Part shown: positions 49,789-59,953 of the stretch, in pieces
How positions within the stretch are numbered: the stretch's first letter is position 1
Layout: every line of letters begins with the position of its first letter
DNA from: Vulcanimicrobiota bacterium
GTDB taxonomy: Bacteria > Vulcanimicrobiota > Vulcanimicrobiia > Vulcanimicrobiales > Vulcanimicrobiaceae
Length of the DNA stretch: 64,000 nt
Assembly (NCBI GenBank): GCA_963820825.1
Contig: CAWGBN010000002.1
Coordinates: forward strand, 32,001 to 96,000
Direction: 5' to 3'
The notes under the pieces: generated by a model
What the model was told of the DNA's origin: nothing
What the model saw: only the letters and a program-made list of their open reading frames with translations
Databases searched by the model: none
Translations under genes and position numbers: made by a program

Positions 49789-49800
49789 CGGTCGCTACGA

Positions 49801-49876
49801 TCCCGGGTAGTTCAGCTGGAAGAACGGCGGCCTCTGAAGCCGCATGTCGGTGGTTCGAGCCCATCCCCGGGAGCCA
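49801..49876 (+). tRNA. tRNA-Gln(CTG)
   Basis: Acceptor TCCCGGG/CCCGGGA, anticodon arm GCGGC-ctCTGaa-GCCGC, GGTTCGAGCCC, encoded CCA. Confidence 0.96.
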
Positions 49877-49878
49877 GC

Positions 49879-49954
49879 GGCCCCATCATCTAGAGGCCTA
49901 GGATGCCGCCCTCTCACGGCGGTAACGCGGGTTCGAATCCCGCTGGGGCTACCA
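49879..49954 (+). tRNA. tRNA-Glu(CTC)
   Basis: GGCCCCA...TGGGGCT, anticodon arm CCGCC-ctCTCac-GGCGG, GGTTCGAATCC, encoded CCA. Confidence 0.96.
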
Positions 49955-49998
49955 TCAAACCCTTTTGCTAGCAGGTTGTTGCGCTCCTATGAAAGCAC

Positions 49999-50020
49999 CG
50001 GTTGCCATTCGGTTGCCGTC
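49999..50020 (+). promoter_or_regulatory. Putative integrase arm-type sites, left
   Basis: CGGTTGCCAttCGGTTGCCGTC, matched at 56740-56761. Confidence 0.7.
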
Positions 50021-50028
50021 TCGCGCCA

Positions 50029-50555
50029 TTAAGGGACCTGTCCGATGCGTCCCGGCGCGATTCGCCTGTAGATGTCAGCCTGAACGCGATCCGGTAGTTC
50101 TCCTGGAACGAGCCATCCCGCTTCATAGCCTGCTAGCACGAGGTTCTTTATTTCCCCTAGGGTAAAGCGAACTGCGGTCCCTCGCTTCGCAAATTGATAT
50201 GCCAAGGTCTGGGCCTCCACAATACCTACACCGCTAATCCCTCGGTGCCAATCCGCGCCCGAAGGATCCGGCACATCGGCGCGGGTCGCTTCGATCGCTG
50301 TCGCCGAGCTCTACAGCTCTGAAACTGCGAGCAACTGCCGTGCCTTTAGTCCCTCATAGTCTGCGGCCGCTTGCGCGCACGCGGCCCTTGCGATATCCGA
50401 TTCACCTCAAGGGCGAAATCGGTAACTTCGTGATCTTATTCTTGAAACGACGATAGGCCTCGCGACGCACGTCATCTGCGGATGTCGAAGACGCGCTATG
50501 CTCAAAGTCGCTCGACCTGAGGATCCGTATCTGAGAGGCACGTTTGCGGTTCATC
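50029..50555 (-). CDS. Island hypothetical protein (broken frame; 5' end uncertain)
   Basis: C-terminal frame AIEATRADVPDPSGADWHRGISG...RFTLGEIKNLVLAGYEAGWL; upstream fragments in other frames. Confidence 0.45.
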
Positions 50556-50571
50556 AAGGCCTGCGGCGTCC

Positions 50572-51070
50572 CTAATCGGGGGCTGCCCTAAACTCGATCA
50601 GCTCCTGGGCTTCTTTTGCTGCCTTGCGTAACCTATTGTTTGCGCTGTTCTGCGCAAGTTCGCCGAGGAAGGAAGTTACCGACCTCGCCCCGCCACCGAG
50701 GGGCGTAACGGAAAGCGCCTATATCAAGTCTTCAAACGATGCACGATTGTCCTCCTCCGGGACGACAGCACGGAGAACTTCGCGGATATGTTCGCTACTC
50801 AGGCTACCAAAACGCCAGCAAGCGACTGTGCGAAGTCGTGCGACTCCTGATAACTATCCTTCGCCCAATCAGCGCAGCCCGGCTGAAGCCAATGAAAGCT
50901 ATTGTTATTTCTACATTGGGCGACGACGAAAAGCAATACTCTCCGAGCAGTTTAGTCTTCGTGGTTACGAAATAACCAGGATCGGCAAAAGTTCGCGCCG
51001 GCTCAGGCTGTTCCCCGCCACGTAGACCGGGGTAGCGTAACCTGTGAACGAGGCGTCAGGCGAAACTCAT
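50572..51070 (-). CDS. Island hypothetical helical protein (broken frame)
   Basis: ATG at 51070; fragments SLSSEHIREVLRAVV...FLGELAQNSANNRLRKAAKEAQELIEF* with an internal stop and indels. Confidence 0.4.
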
Positions 51071-51087
51071 TGATCGTGAGCGTCATC

Positions 51088-51690
51088 TTATGTGGACCTA
51101 TTTGTGATCAGGTACGGTGTCATCGGCTGCAAGCTGGCTTTTCTGGCTTCTGGTTTTTCGAGACTCCGTTGCAGCGCAGAAATAAGAGCTCTAACTTCGT
51201 ACTCATCAAGACGACTAGAAGTTGCGGTGCTCGCGGCTACCTTTTCACGCTGATATTCGAGCTGTAATTGGTGCAGTATGACGTAGGCCGAGGGCCCTAG
51301 CGCGATGTTGTCCCCGATCCCCGGACGGAGGTCCGTGATCGTTTGAGCCGAGATGAAGTTTCGCTCGTTACTTATCAGTAGTGCGAGCGCTTTTCCAAGG
51401 GTCGCAAGCGGGCCAATCGCTTGCGCGGCGGCAAGCCGCGCCCGAAAAGTCTCCTGGCTCTGATCACGCAACTCCGAGAGTGCTCCAGAAAAGGCGAGCG
51501 TTTCTACGAGGTTGTCGATCAAGGCGCTTTTGGCAGCCGGATCAGGAGCCTGTAATGCATATAATGCGTGAAACACTTGGACCGCCTCGGGCCCGGTGGT
51601 TACAAGCGACTTCACGATCCTAGTCACTAGGGGGTGACTAAGAAGGTCGGGCTATATTGTTTTTCGAATGCGTTGAAACGGCGCTGACAT
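51088..51690 (-). CDS. Island hypothetical protein, helical N-terminus plus beta-beta-beta-alpha C-terminus
   Basis: 179-aa ORF 51088-51627 plus upstream MSAPFQRIRKQY at 51690 across an indel; ERNFISAQTITDLRP...VILHQLQLEY...LDEYEVRALISALQR. Confidence 0.65.
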
Positions 51691-51839
51691 AGGCGGCACT
51701 TAGGTTCCCGAACCCAAGCAAACCAGCGCGTACCGATCGTCAATATTTAGAAGAGCCAAACGCCGCCCCCACGCCTATCGGAGGTCCCCAAACCAAAGCA
51801 CACCTCTCAATATTGAGGCTCCGAGCGACATTTCCTACT

Positions 51840-52995
51840 CTAGCGAGCCGAGGCTCGGCTTAAGCGCTCGTCGATCGAGCGCGACCGCGCGCGACTCCGC
51901 GGCCGGCAACGCGTGAGCGTAAATGCCGAGCGTCGTCGTCGGCGTTGTGTGCCGAGGACGCGCGCGACGGAAGCAACGTCAACGCCCGCGGCGAGCATCC
52001 ACGTCGCGGCGGTATGGCGTAGATCGTGGAGCGTCGCCTTCACCTTCGAGCGAGCGCGCAGCGAACGGAACGCTTCGGTTGCCAAGAAGGCGCTACCGGG
52101 CCTCCGAGCGGCGTTCTGAAAGACGTGGCCGGTGTCTGCATAGCATCTGCCCGCTTCGCGGCGCTCCTGAGCCTGCGACGCCCATTGCGATCGCAGCGCT
52201 TCGATCGCGAGCGCGCCGAGCGGAATCGTGCGAACGCGGTCGGTCTTGGTGCCCTTCTCAACGATGCGCGAGTCCTTGCCCTTGCCTTCGACGAACGCGC
52301 GCCGCACGGTAAGCGTTGCTTGCCCTACCTCGGGGAGCATAACGTCATCCCAGCGCAGCGCGAGAAGCTCGCCGCGCCGCGCTCCTGTACCGAGCGCGAG
52401 CCGGAAGAACGGTCCCCAGCGCGTCGCATCGGCGGCTCTGAAGAAGCGCGCTGCTTCGTGCTCGTCGAGCGCCCGCGCTTGCGAGCGCGGAGCGGTTGGC
52501 GCATCGACGGCATCGGCGACGTTACGCCAGGCGAGATCGTGCCGAACCGCCCAGCGCAACGCGGAGCGGAGGAGCGCGAATGCATGGCTCACCGACTTTG
52601 GCGCGAGCGGCTTCTTCTGCCGCGCTCCGCGCTCTTTAATCGTCGCGAGCCAAGATGATAGGTGCGCCGGCGAGAGCTTCGCAAGCGCGATGCCGCCGAT
52701 ATGCGGCGCGATCGTGAACTTCGCAAGCTCGTCGTAGCGCATGACCGTGCGCAAGCGCGCGCCCTTTGGCGCGACGGTCTGCGATGAAACGATCGAGAAG
52801 CTGCGCGACCGTCACCGTCTTTGGCGACAAGTCGATCCCGCGATCGCGTGCTTCAAGCGCCTTGCGTTCTGCGGCTTCGGCCTCTTTACGCGTGCGATAC
52901 GTGCCGATGCTCTTGCGACGGCGCAGGCCGGTTGCGCTTGATTCGAGATCAATGAGAACGGCGTAGCGGCCGCTCTTTCTGCGATAGATGCTCAC
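51840..52995 (-). CDS. int: Tyrosine integrase with N-terminal arm-binding domain (frameshifted)
   Basis: GTG start with SD gagg; TGARRGELLALRW, KT, LHDLRH; VLG[H]TTPTTTLGIYAH after one indel. Confidence 0.93.
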
Positions 52996-52999
52996 AAGA

Positions 53000-53770
53000 T
53001 ATTCCTCTTTATGTTTTTCTTGCTGCGAGTCAGCGTAGAAAGCTGCTTGGACGAAGTGCTCGGGTTCTCTTGAATTGCGGCCGCGGCGCTGTACGCGGCT
53101 AAGAATGCCAGCGATAATTTCCTGACGTGAAAGGGGCGCAATGTCGGCCGCGTGCCTTTGGAGCACTCGCTGGACGAGCGAGTTGAAAGCGATCACGAGC
53201 GCGCCTCCCTTCAAGTTCCGCGTCCGAACGCAACCACGGCTTCACGTTGAGGCCGATGGCCTTCAGCAAAGAAAGAAGCTCTTCGGCCAGCGGGCGCTCC
53301 GGGACGCGCCCCTGCAGTCGCCCCAACAAGAGCTTTCCCCGAGCACATTGGCAGACACTAAAGCTAAACCGGCGACCTTCATCCTTGGGAGTCTTGCTCG
53401 TCTCATGGAGTCCCGTAGAACGTCGCGCGGGTCGGCGACGAAGTAGCCTAGTCGAGCTCACGCAGCATTCCCTCAAAGCCGAATTCCGACTTGCGAGGCG
53501 AGCTCGCTTACACTTGGGTCTTTGAGGTTTGCGGCCTTCCCAAAGAGCGATCGCGAGAAGGTAGTGCTCGACTTGAGGATCCTTTAGGAGACGCGTCATC
53601 GCGCGGTTTACGTCTCGTATGCTGCCTGCGGTCGGCTTTTTAACTGCGCCGCTAAGCCACCGCGTGATATTTGGACGCGGGAGGCCGACTTGGGCCGCCA
53701 AGTCCCCGTGTGAAAGTTCGGCCGCGGCCAGTAGCTCAGTAACGGCTTCTCGCCAACGCTGCTGACGCAT
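53000..53770 (-). CDS. XRE/CI-like repressor (3' part frameshifted, end uncertain)
   Basis: LSHGDLAAQVGLPRPNITRWLSGAVKKPT. Confidence 0.7.
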
Positions 53771-53826
53771 GGTACCGTCCACGTCTTACACGGTACCGTT
53801 ACACTTTGGTATGGTCAAGGTGCCAT
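53769..53826. promoter_or_regulatory. Divergent switch region with three related operator-like boxes
   Basis: ATGGTACCGT 53769-78, ACGGTACCGT 53790-99 (perfect palindrome), AAGGTGCCAT 53817-26. Confidence 0.55.
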
Positions 53827-54053
53827 GCGTACGAACACGCTGCCACCTGCGGCCAGCAACCCCGCGGCACTCCTCGACTACGCCGAAACTCAGCGTTATC
53901 TCGGGAGGGCTATCGCGCAGCACGGTTAAGACGCTCGCTGGAAGACGGGGAGATGCAGGCGGTCATCAGCATCGGATCGCGGACGCTTTTTTTGCGCTCC
54001 CTCCCTCGACGCCTACATCAAGCGGAATTGCCGAGGGCGCTTCAGCGAAATGA
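53825..54053 (+). CDS. Excisionase-like winged HTH (frameshifted)
   Basis: Joined frames give ALLDYAETQRYLG-GLSRSTVKTLA...GEMQAVISIGSRTLF. Confidence 0.7.
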
Positions 54054-54126
54054 CAAGCGCCGTTCATGAAACGAACGGCGCGCGCACTTTGAGCGGCCCT
54101 CGCCAATTCAACGACGAGACAAACCA

Positions 54127-54857
54127 ATGATGGATAGCGGGCGCAAGGCGTGAAAACCCCGACAGAGCACCTTCGCAATGATCCCCATCGCGCTTCTGGA
54201 TGACAAGGGGCTCCAGGCCCTCGATGTTCGCGTCTTTCTGGCATTTTGCGCGCCGTCGATGTCAATAATGACGACGTATCCCGTATTTCCCTTGAGCGAA
54301 TTGGCGAGCGCGTGGGCCGAAAGGAGGACGCGGCACAGCGTAGCATTGGTACGGCTAGAAAAGGCCGGTTGGATTCAAACAGATACGACAACGGAAACGG
54401 CCTTTGCCGAAGCTATCGGCGACTGACCCCTGTCACCCAGGCTGGGGGTCACGAGAACCGACCCCCTGTCAGGGATGACGGGGGTACGATGACGGACCCC
54501 TGCCATTGGTGACACCGAACCCCTGTCATCCGTGACTAAAACCCCCCGCCACGGCTGCCCCCGGCTACCTAGCAATCGTTACCTAGATTCTTGTTCTAGA
54601 TAGGGCACGGATGAACAAAGAGACGACGGAGAACGCGCGCAAACGACTCCTGGCACTCTTCAGCCGATCGCCAATTCGATCCGACAATCGCTGAGAAGGA
54701 AGTGGACCGCCTTCTTCAGTTTTTTCCGCACGCTCCGAAGTCTCTTGTCGAACACCTCGAATACACGGTCCATGCGAAGCTCGAGGATCCGATCGCTTAC
54801 GTGATCCGTCAGACGCAACGGGGCGAACCCCCGCAGCCGATTCAAGCCGGCACATAG
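54127..54857 (+). CDS. Phage-type replication initiator (wHTH; frameshifted)
   Basis: FAMIPIALLDDKGLQALDVRVFLA, SLERIGERVG, RLEKAGWI, central repeats, C-terminal LEDPIAYVIR. Confidence 0.7.
54425..54559 (+). repeat. Iteron array/putative origin inside rep
   Basis: ACCCC(C)TGTCA-like units at 54425, 54460, 54495, 54518, 54540; the middle three are followed by N4-TGAC. Confidence 0.7.
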
Positions 54858-55026
54858 CAGCGCGCCCTTGCGACGAGGTCTACTTCTTAGGCGCACACCC
54901 GACGTAAGCCGTCACGCTCCCACCGCCGAGAAAACCCCTTGTCGAACTGCGATTGCAAGGCCCCGTCTGGGACGTTTTTTGAATAGCTGCACGAGTCCCA
55001 GGCGAATCTTTTGGAGGCCAGCCCCC

Positions 55027-56278
55027 ATGCGTATAGTCGTCTTGGTTTTTTGCGGTGTCGTGCTCGCAAGCTGCTCGCGCGTGACCGGATCGTCGCCGCT
55101 CCCAGCCGGCCTGCCGAGTGACACCTCGGCGTTTCCGCTCAGACGACGAGCGGCTCGAGTCCTCTCTACAGCTTCAAGAGCTATAAGGACGGCGCAGACC
55201 CGTATGCGGGCTTAACCGCCTTGAATGGCACGCTTTATGGCACGACGCTCGATGGCGGGTCCGTTTGCCCCCGCCTGTGGGACAGTCTTCGAGGCGAGCC
55301 TGTCGGGGATAGCGTACGTAATCTTTCGCTTCAACGGCAGGGACGGTGTTCACCCCACGGCTGGTTTACTCGCCCTAAACGGCACGCTCTACGGTACCAC
55401 CACGGAAGGCACCGACGGTCCAGAATGTGGCGGCTCTAGCGATGAGTGCGGCGTCGTCTTCGCGATAAGCACGAGCGGCAAGGAGCATATACTTCCACCG
55501 CTTCAAGAGCGCCACGGACGGCGCATATCCGTGGGCACCGTTGATAGTTGTGAAGGGAGTGCTCTTTAGCGGCACTACGCCCTTGGAGGAACAAACAACG
55601 ATGGCACCGTCTTCAAAGTCAGCAAGACCGGCGAGGAGAGCGTAATCTATCGCTTCAAAGGCGGCATGGACGGCGCTGGCTCGTGGGCACCCCTTGTCGC
55701 CAAAAACGGCACGCTGTACGGCATCGCGGGCGGTGGCACGCGATGTTCCGGCCGCGGATGCGGGGTCGTTTTCTCGAGATGAGCACTTCGGGCACGGAGC
55801 ATATACTTTATCACTTCAAAGGCGGCTCGGACGGCGCATCCCCTGGCGGTCGAATTGATCCTCGTCAACGGTACGCTGTATGGCATCACGGGCGCTGGTG
55901 GCGGTTCGCATGGTTGCCACGACGGATGCGGCACCGTCTTCAAAGTCAGCACGATCGGCGAGGAGCACGTCCTGTATCGTTTCAAGGGACCACCCGACGG
56001 CGCATACCCGTCTGCACCTTTGAGTCGCAATTCGGGGCACGCTCTACGGGACGACGTCTTCCGGTGGCATGGGGTGTAGCAGCAGCGGCGGCCTCGGTTG
56101 CGGAACCGTCTTTGCGGTGAGCTTGACCGGCAAGGAGCGCGTGCTTTACCGGTTCAAAGGCAGACCTGATGGCAGCGTGCCGTATGCTGGCCTGCTCGGC
56201 GTCAACGGCACCCTCTACGGTACTACTTCCCAAGGCGGCACAAACAATGGGGGAACAATCTTTCGGATCTCACCGTGA
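55027..56278 (+). CDS. Lipoprotein with GxLYGTT..GG...GTVF tandem repeats (frameshifted)
   Basis: Lipobox LASC; about 6-7 units of LY.FKG..DGA.P.A.L..VNGTLYGTT..GG. Confidence 0.8.
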
Positions 56279-56739
56279 GTTGGGAGCTTGTCTCGTTTGT
56301 TCAGTCTTCGTCGCGCGCACTTTCACTCGCTAAAATCCCCTCGGAGAGAACGCACAGGTAAGACGGCAGGCTCGTGAGCGGCCGCCACGGGGGAAGCCCC
56401 CGCCGCCAGCCCGATCTCGCGAGGAAATGCCGTTGCCGCGGTACGGAACGGCGCGATTCGCCTGAGATCGCGACACCCTTCGACGGCTTTCATAGCGTTT
56501 TCCGACGGAGTGCGCGCAGGGTATGCTGCTGGACGCCCGCTTCGAGAGTACGCGGCGGTTTGATTGGGTTGACGGTGCCGGACGCTAGCGGGTCGCGACG
56601 CATTCGATTTCGGCCGCTCCTTAAGGAAGGCACGGCGACTTACGCTGAAGGTTGACGCTAAAGCGTGCGGCGCGAGTTACTATCGAACCGCGGTTCCGCA
56701 GCACCGTTGCGCTAGAGAGGGCGAACGAGCCTTTAGCGA

Positions 56740-56772
56740 CGGTTGCCAAACGGTTGCCGTCGATGGCAACCG
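56740..56772 (+). promoter_or_regulatory. Putative integrase arm-type sites, right
   Basis: CGGTTGCCAaaCGGTTGCCGTC plus inverted TGGCAACCG at 56764-56772. Confidence 0.7.
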
Positions 56773-57187
56773 CTCTTGCCCATCGACGACCGGGTGCCGG
56801 GTCGAAAACCCATATTTTACGCGGTCTTTTGCCCATCCGCGACCAGCGCTCGGCCACGCGCGGGCGGATTCGAATCCCGCTGGGGCTAAAATTTCTTCCC
56901 TTATTTTATAACGGATTTTGCTTTTGGCTCGTCCGTCTTGGGTAACGGATGGGTAACGGTCGCATGGCGTCAGGAACTTCTGGTCACGCCTCACTGCCTC
57001 TCCCCGGTCCTCCGCTTATTCGATCTCCAGCAGCTCCACTAAGATTGCTTCGATGTATCCGCGAATGTTCAGGACTTCCGCTTTTCCCTTCGCAGAATAA
57101 GCAGCGGCTCACCCACGGTTACACAATGAACGCAATGATCCGTCTGCGCCGGCGAGCGCGTCTTCCGCCGTACCCTCACTTGAACCC

Positions 57188-57360
57188 ATCGCCGACGCGG
57201 TACGCCCGATGGGGTCCTACCTCGAAGTCAAGTATAACCAAGGGCGTTTGCACTCGGCGCTCGACTACCGGCCGCCGGCACAGTTCGAGTACCTCTATCT
57301 CGAAGCCCAATCCTTACCTACCCAAGCTTAACTTCTTGTATCAAAATGGGGTCCATACCC
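57188..57360 (+). mobile_element. IS3-family remnant (transposase C-terminus)
   Basis: YLEVKYNQGRLHSALDYRPPAQFE matches the IS3 YN..R.HS.L.Y..P pattern. Confidence 0.65.
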
Positions 57361-57562
57361 GAAGACGCGTAGGGACTTGAGGCGGTTCCCCTGCCTGTTG
57401 CCGAATCTCGGCTGCAGGTGCAGCTTGACGAGTACCTCGCAGCGCTTCGAAAGGCGTCCTGAGGTAACCCCTCGCGTCGCAAATCGCCCGACCCACAGCC
57501 TTTTTCCCCGTCACTTGTCGAACCCGGAGGGTTACGCTGTCTCGCCGCGCAAGGGCGGAGTG

Positions 57563-58210
57563 ATGGCGGGTTTCTTCGGCGCCGGGCTGCAGGTCATTGC
57601 GTTCGTCGTCGGGGTCGTTTGCCTAATCTCGACGATACTTGGGAAACCCTATGGTATAGGGCCGGTGACGGTCCCCGCGCCGTCATTGTTGCTGCAGCGA
57701 GTCGCACTTGGGCTCCTTGGTGCTGTGTTCGTCTTTCTTGCCACGTGGCCGTTGTTTTCTCCCACGACGTCGATCTCTGATGCGATTACCCCGTTTTTTG
57801 CGAAGCCGTCTACGCCCGCAACCCTTGGTCCACCTGACATCTCCGGCACAAACGTGCAGCCCTGGTTTGCGGTGCAGAGTGAGAGAATAGCGATTGTTGC
57901 CGTGCAATCGCGGGGTCAGAGCGGATATTATTTCCGAAACGTGGGGACGCGCAGCATCCACGTCCAATTCGACGCCCTCACTGAGTGCGCCCAGGCCAGC
58001 TGCCACAGCGAGTTTGATGTGCCACCAATCGACAACAAAAGTGCGGCCGCTCAAGACACAACAATCAAATGCGGTGCAGAATGGACACTTGAGCTTCGAC
58101 ATGCCCGCGAGCCCCCAGTTCACCTGGAAGATCTGGGTGGGGTCTACGGCATCTCCGGCAAGTTGCTGATACAGTGCGAGGCAAGCACCTTCCTTGATAT
58201 TCGTAATTAA
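57563..58210 (+). CDS. Membrane-anchored hypothetical protein
   Basis: Two N-terminal hydrophobic segments, then a Cys-containing beta-rich domain. Confidence 0.6.
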   Translation: MAGFFGAGLQVIAFVVGVVCLISTILGKPYGIGPVTVPAPSLLLQRVALGLLGAVFVFLATWPLFSPTTSISDAITPFFAKPSTPATLGPPDISGTNVQPWFAVQSERIAIVAVQSRGQSGYYFRNVGTRSIHVQFDALTECAQASCHSEFDVPPIDNKSAAAQDTTIKCGAEWTLELRHAREPPVHLEDLGGVYGISGKLLIQCEASTFLDIRN

Positions 58211-58225
58211 AGGAAAGATCTCACT

Positions 58226-58668
58226 ATGAGCAGCCCGAGCGATCCGGTTCACACCCCGCTTCCAATTGCTGAACTTGAAACCGTGTACTACGGACGTATC
58301 GTAACGATGGACGAGGCCGGAGTCATAGATGATGGTGCACTGTACGTTTCGGCTGGAGTTATCCGCGCCGTCCAAAACCGCAACCTAGCGGCACCCAACG
58401 ACTTTAATATGTATGGGGCGACGAGGGTGGAAACCGGGGGGACGATTTTTCCCGGACTGATTGAGTTGCACAATCATAAGGCGTTTAACGTGCTGTCCAT
58501 GGCGGTCATGGACCAAAAGTATACTAATCGCGATCAGTGGCGACCGTCCCCAGTAAACGGCCCAAACGGTTCGGAAATGTACGCCGCGTTGGTAGGCGCG
58601 CCAATGCTGAGGCTGATAAATGCGGTGCCGGCCGTTTCAACATACGTTGATACGAAAGCAGTTGTCGC
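58226..58668 (+). pseudogene. Amidohydrolase 5' fragment truncated by IS3
   Basis: GRIVTMD, DGALYV, TGGTIFPGLIELHNH; frame runs into the IS end. Confidence 0.75.
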
Positions 58669-58853
58669 GGGTTTGAGCCGATTTCTTTAGTCCACTGGCG
58701 ATTGTGGGATGGCGTAGAAAAGTTTTCGACGAACTCCTTGGGCGTAAGATAGTTTAGCGACGGGTTTGAGCCCATTTCTTAGTCCACCGGCGATTGTGGG
58801 ATTGGTGTAGAAAAGTTTTCGACGAACTCCTTGGGCGTAAGATAGTTTAGCGA
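58668..58853 (+). repeat. 93-bp tandem duplication of the IS end
   Basis: 58668-58760 and 58761-58853 are near-identical. Confidence 0.9.
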
Positions 58854-59953
58854 CGAGTGCGGCCGAACCTCGTTGTAATCCACGAGCCATGCATCGGCCT
58901 CTTCGCGGATCTGCAGGAGAGTCCTGAAGACTTGCACGTTGAGGAACTCGTCGCGCACGCGAGCGTTGAAGGACTCGATCCAGGCGTTCTGTGCGGGTTT
59001 CCCGGGATCAATGAAGTGCAGCAGCAGTACATTGTGATCGATCGACCACTGCAGCATCGCGCCGGCGACGTTTTCCGGACCGTTATCAACGCGAAGGCGC
59101 GTGGGATAACCGCGGATCTCGGCAATGTCATCGAGCGTTCGACGACGCGGCGGCTGGTGATCGAAAAGTCTGGGTCTACTGCGAGACCTTCGCGGCTGAA
59201 GCGGTCCTCGATCGTCAGCAACCGCACTTTGCGCTTGGTCATGAGGATTTCGTGCATGAAATCCAGTCCCCATTCTTCATTGAGCTTTGTCGGAGCCGGT
59301 GAAACGTTGCCGCGCACCAATCGCACGCGTCGCTTCTTGCGCGGTCGCACCTGCAATCGCTCATCGCAATACAGGCGGCGCAGGCGTTTGTGGTTCATCA
59401 CGAGGCCTTCACGCTTGAGCAGGATCTTAAGCCGGCGCCATCCGAATCTCGGCCGCTCTTGCGCAATGCAACGCAACCGATCGCGGACGTGCTCGTCGCC
59501 GGGGCGTTTGCGTGGTTTGTATCGTACGGTCGGTCGGGGGCAGGTCGCGAGGCGGACGCTTGCCGCTGGCTCATCCCCTCGGCCTCTAACGCCTCACCGC
59601 TTCCTTGCGCGCTGAGGGCCCCACCCGTTTTTTCGAATCACCTCGGACATCGCGCGGATCCGAGGGCTCGACGCGCGATAATGCGCTCCATCTGCGAGTT
59701 TTCGGATTCGAGCTCTTTCAGACGGGTGAGATCGCTGATGTCGAGCCCGGCGTATTTGCTTCGCCACAGTCGCAGCGTGTTGACGTGAACGCCGTGTTTG
59801 CGAGCGAGCTCAGCTGCGGATCGGCCGGCGTCTGAAGGATCGCGACGATTTGCGCTTCGGGGTAGCGTCGCTTGCGCATGCGGGTCTCCTTTGCAGGCCA
59901 TCTTGGCCGGAAACCCACAATTCCCATTGGACTAGATTCCGGGGCTCAAACCC
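58669..59953 (-). mobile_element. IS3-family element with duplicated right end
   Basis: IRs GGGTTTGAGCCC...TAGTCCA at both ends; OrfA (ATG 59879) LARKHGV...WRSKYAG; Orf[31 protein letters not shown]. Confidence 0.92.

Larger units (their letters stand above)
49932..56888. mobile_element. Integrative element (~6.9 kb) in tRNA-Glu
   Basis: 20-bp direct repeat TTCGAATCCCGCTGGGGCTA at 49932-49951 and 56869-56888; integrase, HTH pair and Rep inside; lower GC. Confidence 0.9.

Noticed and set aside
52636..53214. Separate 192-aa ORF or repressor-integrase fusion
   Set aside because: Best explained as the repressor's frameshifted tail running into the integrase start (GTG 52995 with SD); not resolvable given local indels.
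56280..56700. Structured ncRNA or packaging site near the right island end
   Set aside because: Only weak GC-rich hairpins; cannot be supported without an Rfam or covariation search.
56864..56888. Third tRNA gene
   Set aside because: Only the T-arm and 3' acceptor strand are present; this is the att duplicate.
54425..58853. CRISPR array from the iterons or the 93-bp duplication
   Set aside because: Units are too short or irregular, there are no unique equal-length spacers and no cas genes.
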